A stretch of DNA of 64,000 bases from Octopus bimaculoides (taxonomy: Eukaryota), in contig NC_069000.1 in the NCBI RefSeq assembly GCF_001194135.2, positions 47,122,130-47,186,129 on the forward strand. The letters run 5' to 3'. Shown here piece after piece: positions 62,281-64,000 of the stretch (position 1 is its first letter; each line of letters begins with the position of its first letter). The notes under the pieces were generated by a model. That model was given only the letters and a program-made list of their open reading frames with translations, was not told the origin of the DNA and made no database searches. A program made the translations under genes and the position numbers.

Positions 62281-63473
62281 CTGGACGAAATAGAGAGAGA
62301 ATGGCAGAGTGAGAGAGGTGGTCGTAGTAATGGGGTGGAGATGAAATAGTATGGGTGTATGTATATTTATTTTACAAATCCATTGACAAACACACACATA
62401 TATATAGGAGGAGACTGAGTGTGTGTGACATGTTGGAAGAGTGTGTCAAGAAGCAGTTTCTACTTTGGCAGAATAGTTAAATCAAGGAGTAACGCACCAC
62501 CAGGTCAATGGCCATTGTGTGAGGAATTCACTCAACAACAGACATCAGAGTTCCACTAATTTATCGACCAATTTTGACTGATAACACAGATTTAGCGTGT
62601 GCCTACCAGGTACTGCCCAATCATGCAGATGGGACTTTGGGAAACTTAAAAAGAATTATATGTAGATAAAAGTCACTTCTTAAACATCACACCTCCCTTG
62701 CTCAATAAACACCAAGTTGCAAAGCTGTTTATTTTCTCCTTTCGATAAAATGGTAATGACAATTTTTAAAGTTTGATTGACATTTTATAAGTGTGAAAAG
62801 GATTAAAATTTCGATGCTCCGTATCAAAGTTTTTGACAAGAATAGGCAGAAAATCAGAGCTTGAGACAAGAAGACACTTTTGACCAATCAGAATTCTCTT
62901 TACATAATGAGCTTGATCGGTCACCTTACTCTGTTGGTTGAGTAAAGTATCATCCAAGCTGATGTTTATTGGTAATTAAACTTAATTTGCAACATTTGTG
63001 CGTATTCATCAGTTTTGTTTTTGTTGATAATTCTTAATATTTCCTGGGATCATGATTTGAGAAGACATACAGCAGTAAGCTAAAGATCAGACATAATCCC
63101 TTGTGGGCAAGAAATGTAAAACAAAGTTTATTATAAACAACACAAACACTTCATAATTTAATAGCTTTCAATGTGATACCTGTTAAACAGAAATTATTTT
63201 TATCTAATGAAAATTTAATCATAAGTAAGTCAAATTATGCTAAATACAACTAAATTGAAAACCTTTTCCCTCTGGCGATATTGGCAATTCTGAAAACTTG
63301 ATGTGAATTTTACACGAGTAGAAGCTTTTTTTAAAACTAATTTTATCCTGAAAAAAAATCACCTGCGTAAATTACACAGGTGTGCAAATTACATGAGTTT
63401 TTACAGTATATATATATATATATATGTATATATATGAGAAACAAGGAATAAGAAGAACTGAATGGTTACTTAC

Positions 63474-63503
63474 AGCAAAGGAAATAATCAAATAGAGAGG
63501 CAT
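63474..63503 (-). CDS. DPM3: DPM3 30-nt micro-exon (MPLYLIISFA)
   Basis: Acceptor cttttccattacAG at 63505-63504 and donor GTAAGT at 63473; phase 0-0. Supplies the conserved LP.YLLV..G/A segment missing between the flanking exons. Confidence 0.9.
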
Positions 63504-63673
63504 CTGTAATGGAAAAGTAAAAAAAAATTAATTAGCTATGTGGGGTGGGGAGTAGGACAGGGAGTGTGTATGTGAAGATGTAGGGGAGGATGTGCACAGG
63601 ATGTATAGGGGAAAATGGACTCCAATTTCAGAAGAAAGATCAATAAAAGAATCGACAAAGCTGTAATATTTAC

Positions 63674-63793
63674 CATGAGGGCCACATTGCGTACTTGTTT
63701 GGAGAAGATGACATTGTCATGGTCGAAGAGGAAAGCAGACCACAATGACATAATCACTCCGATGACGAAGAACCATTCACTGGCTTTGTTAGC
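63674..63793 (-). CDS. DPM3: DPM3 coding exon (ANKASEWFFVIGVIMSLWSAFLFDHDNVIFSKQVRNVALM); start codon exon is upstream, outside the window
   Basis: Acceptor cctatttcAG at 63795-63794 and donor GTAAAT at 63673; 120 nt, phase 0-0. Corresponds to the K..W..TM1 N-terminus of DPM3. Confidence 0.85.
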
Positions 63794-64000
63794 CTGAAAT
63801 AGGAAGAATGAGAGAGGGAGGTCAGAACTGGACGTCTCGACGATGGTGGGGATGGAGTGTGTGGAGTGGTGGTGAGAGAGAGAAAATGAGCATGTGTGTG
63901 AAGATGGAATGTGTGTGTGTGTATGCACATTTCAGTTCATTTTAATCAACGACAAATTTGAAAACAAGATTTTAAGAAGTTGCTTCAATGTAATAAATAA

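Overview
Eukaryotic, AT-rich, microsatellite- and SINE-dense scaffold DNA with assembly gaps. The repeat landscape points to an octopus genome (inference). Three spliced protein-coding genes can be rebuilt by hand from splice signals and reading frame. (1) A ZDHHC3/7-family palmitoyltransferase on the minus strand: coding exons 22140-22022 and 8855-8696; the catalytic DHHC exon(s) are not visible and must lie in N gaps or left of the window. (2) A complete 459-aa orphan nuclear receptor on the plus strand: CDS join 45975-46554, 49344-49526, 50231-50338, 51359-51443, 51939-52126, 52892-53127; most like the invertebrate NR7/NR8 subfamily. (3) DPM3 on the minus strand: exons 63793-63674, 63503-63474, 62280-62203, 61891-61832; the start codon exon is outside the window. 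The rest is intron or intergenic DNA filled with tRNA-derived SINEs, RTE and CR1-like LINE fragments, TTAA (piggyBac-like) MITEs, hAT/Charlie remnants and simple repeats. Nearly all short ORFs in the supplied track are spurious. The most striking unexplained signal is a set of perfect nuclear-receptor response elements around the receptor gene: two DR5 elements flanking a perfect CRE at 29940-29984, a DR1 at 13548-13560 and an ER1 at 19365-19377. Also notable are a triplicated G-quadruplex-bearing splice donor that could truncate the receptor before its ligand-binding domain, and a textbook recursive-splice-site signature upstream of the receptor. All coordinates were read by eye; repeat boundaries are approximate.
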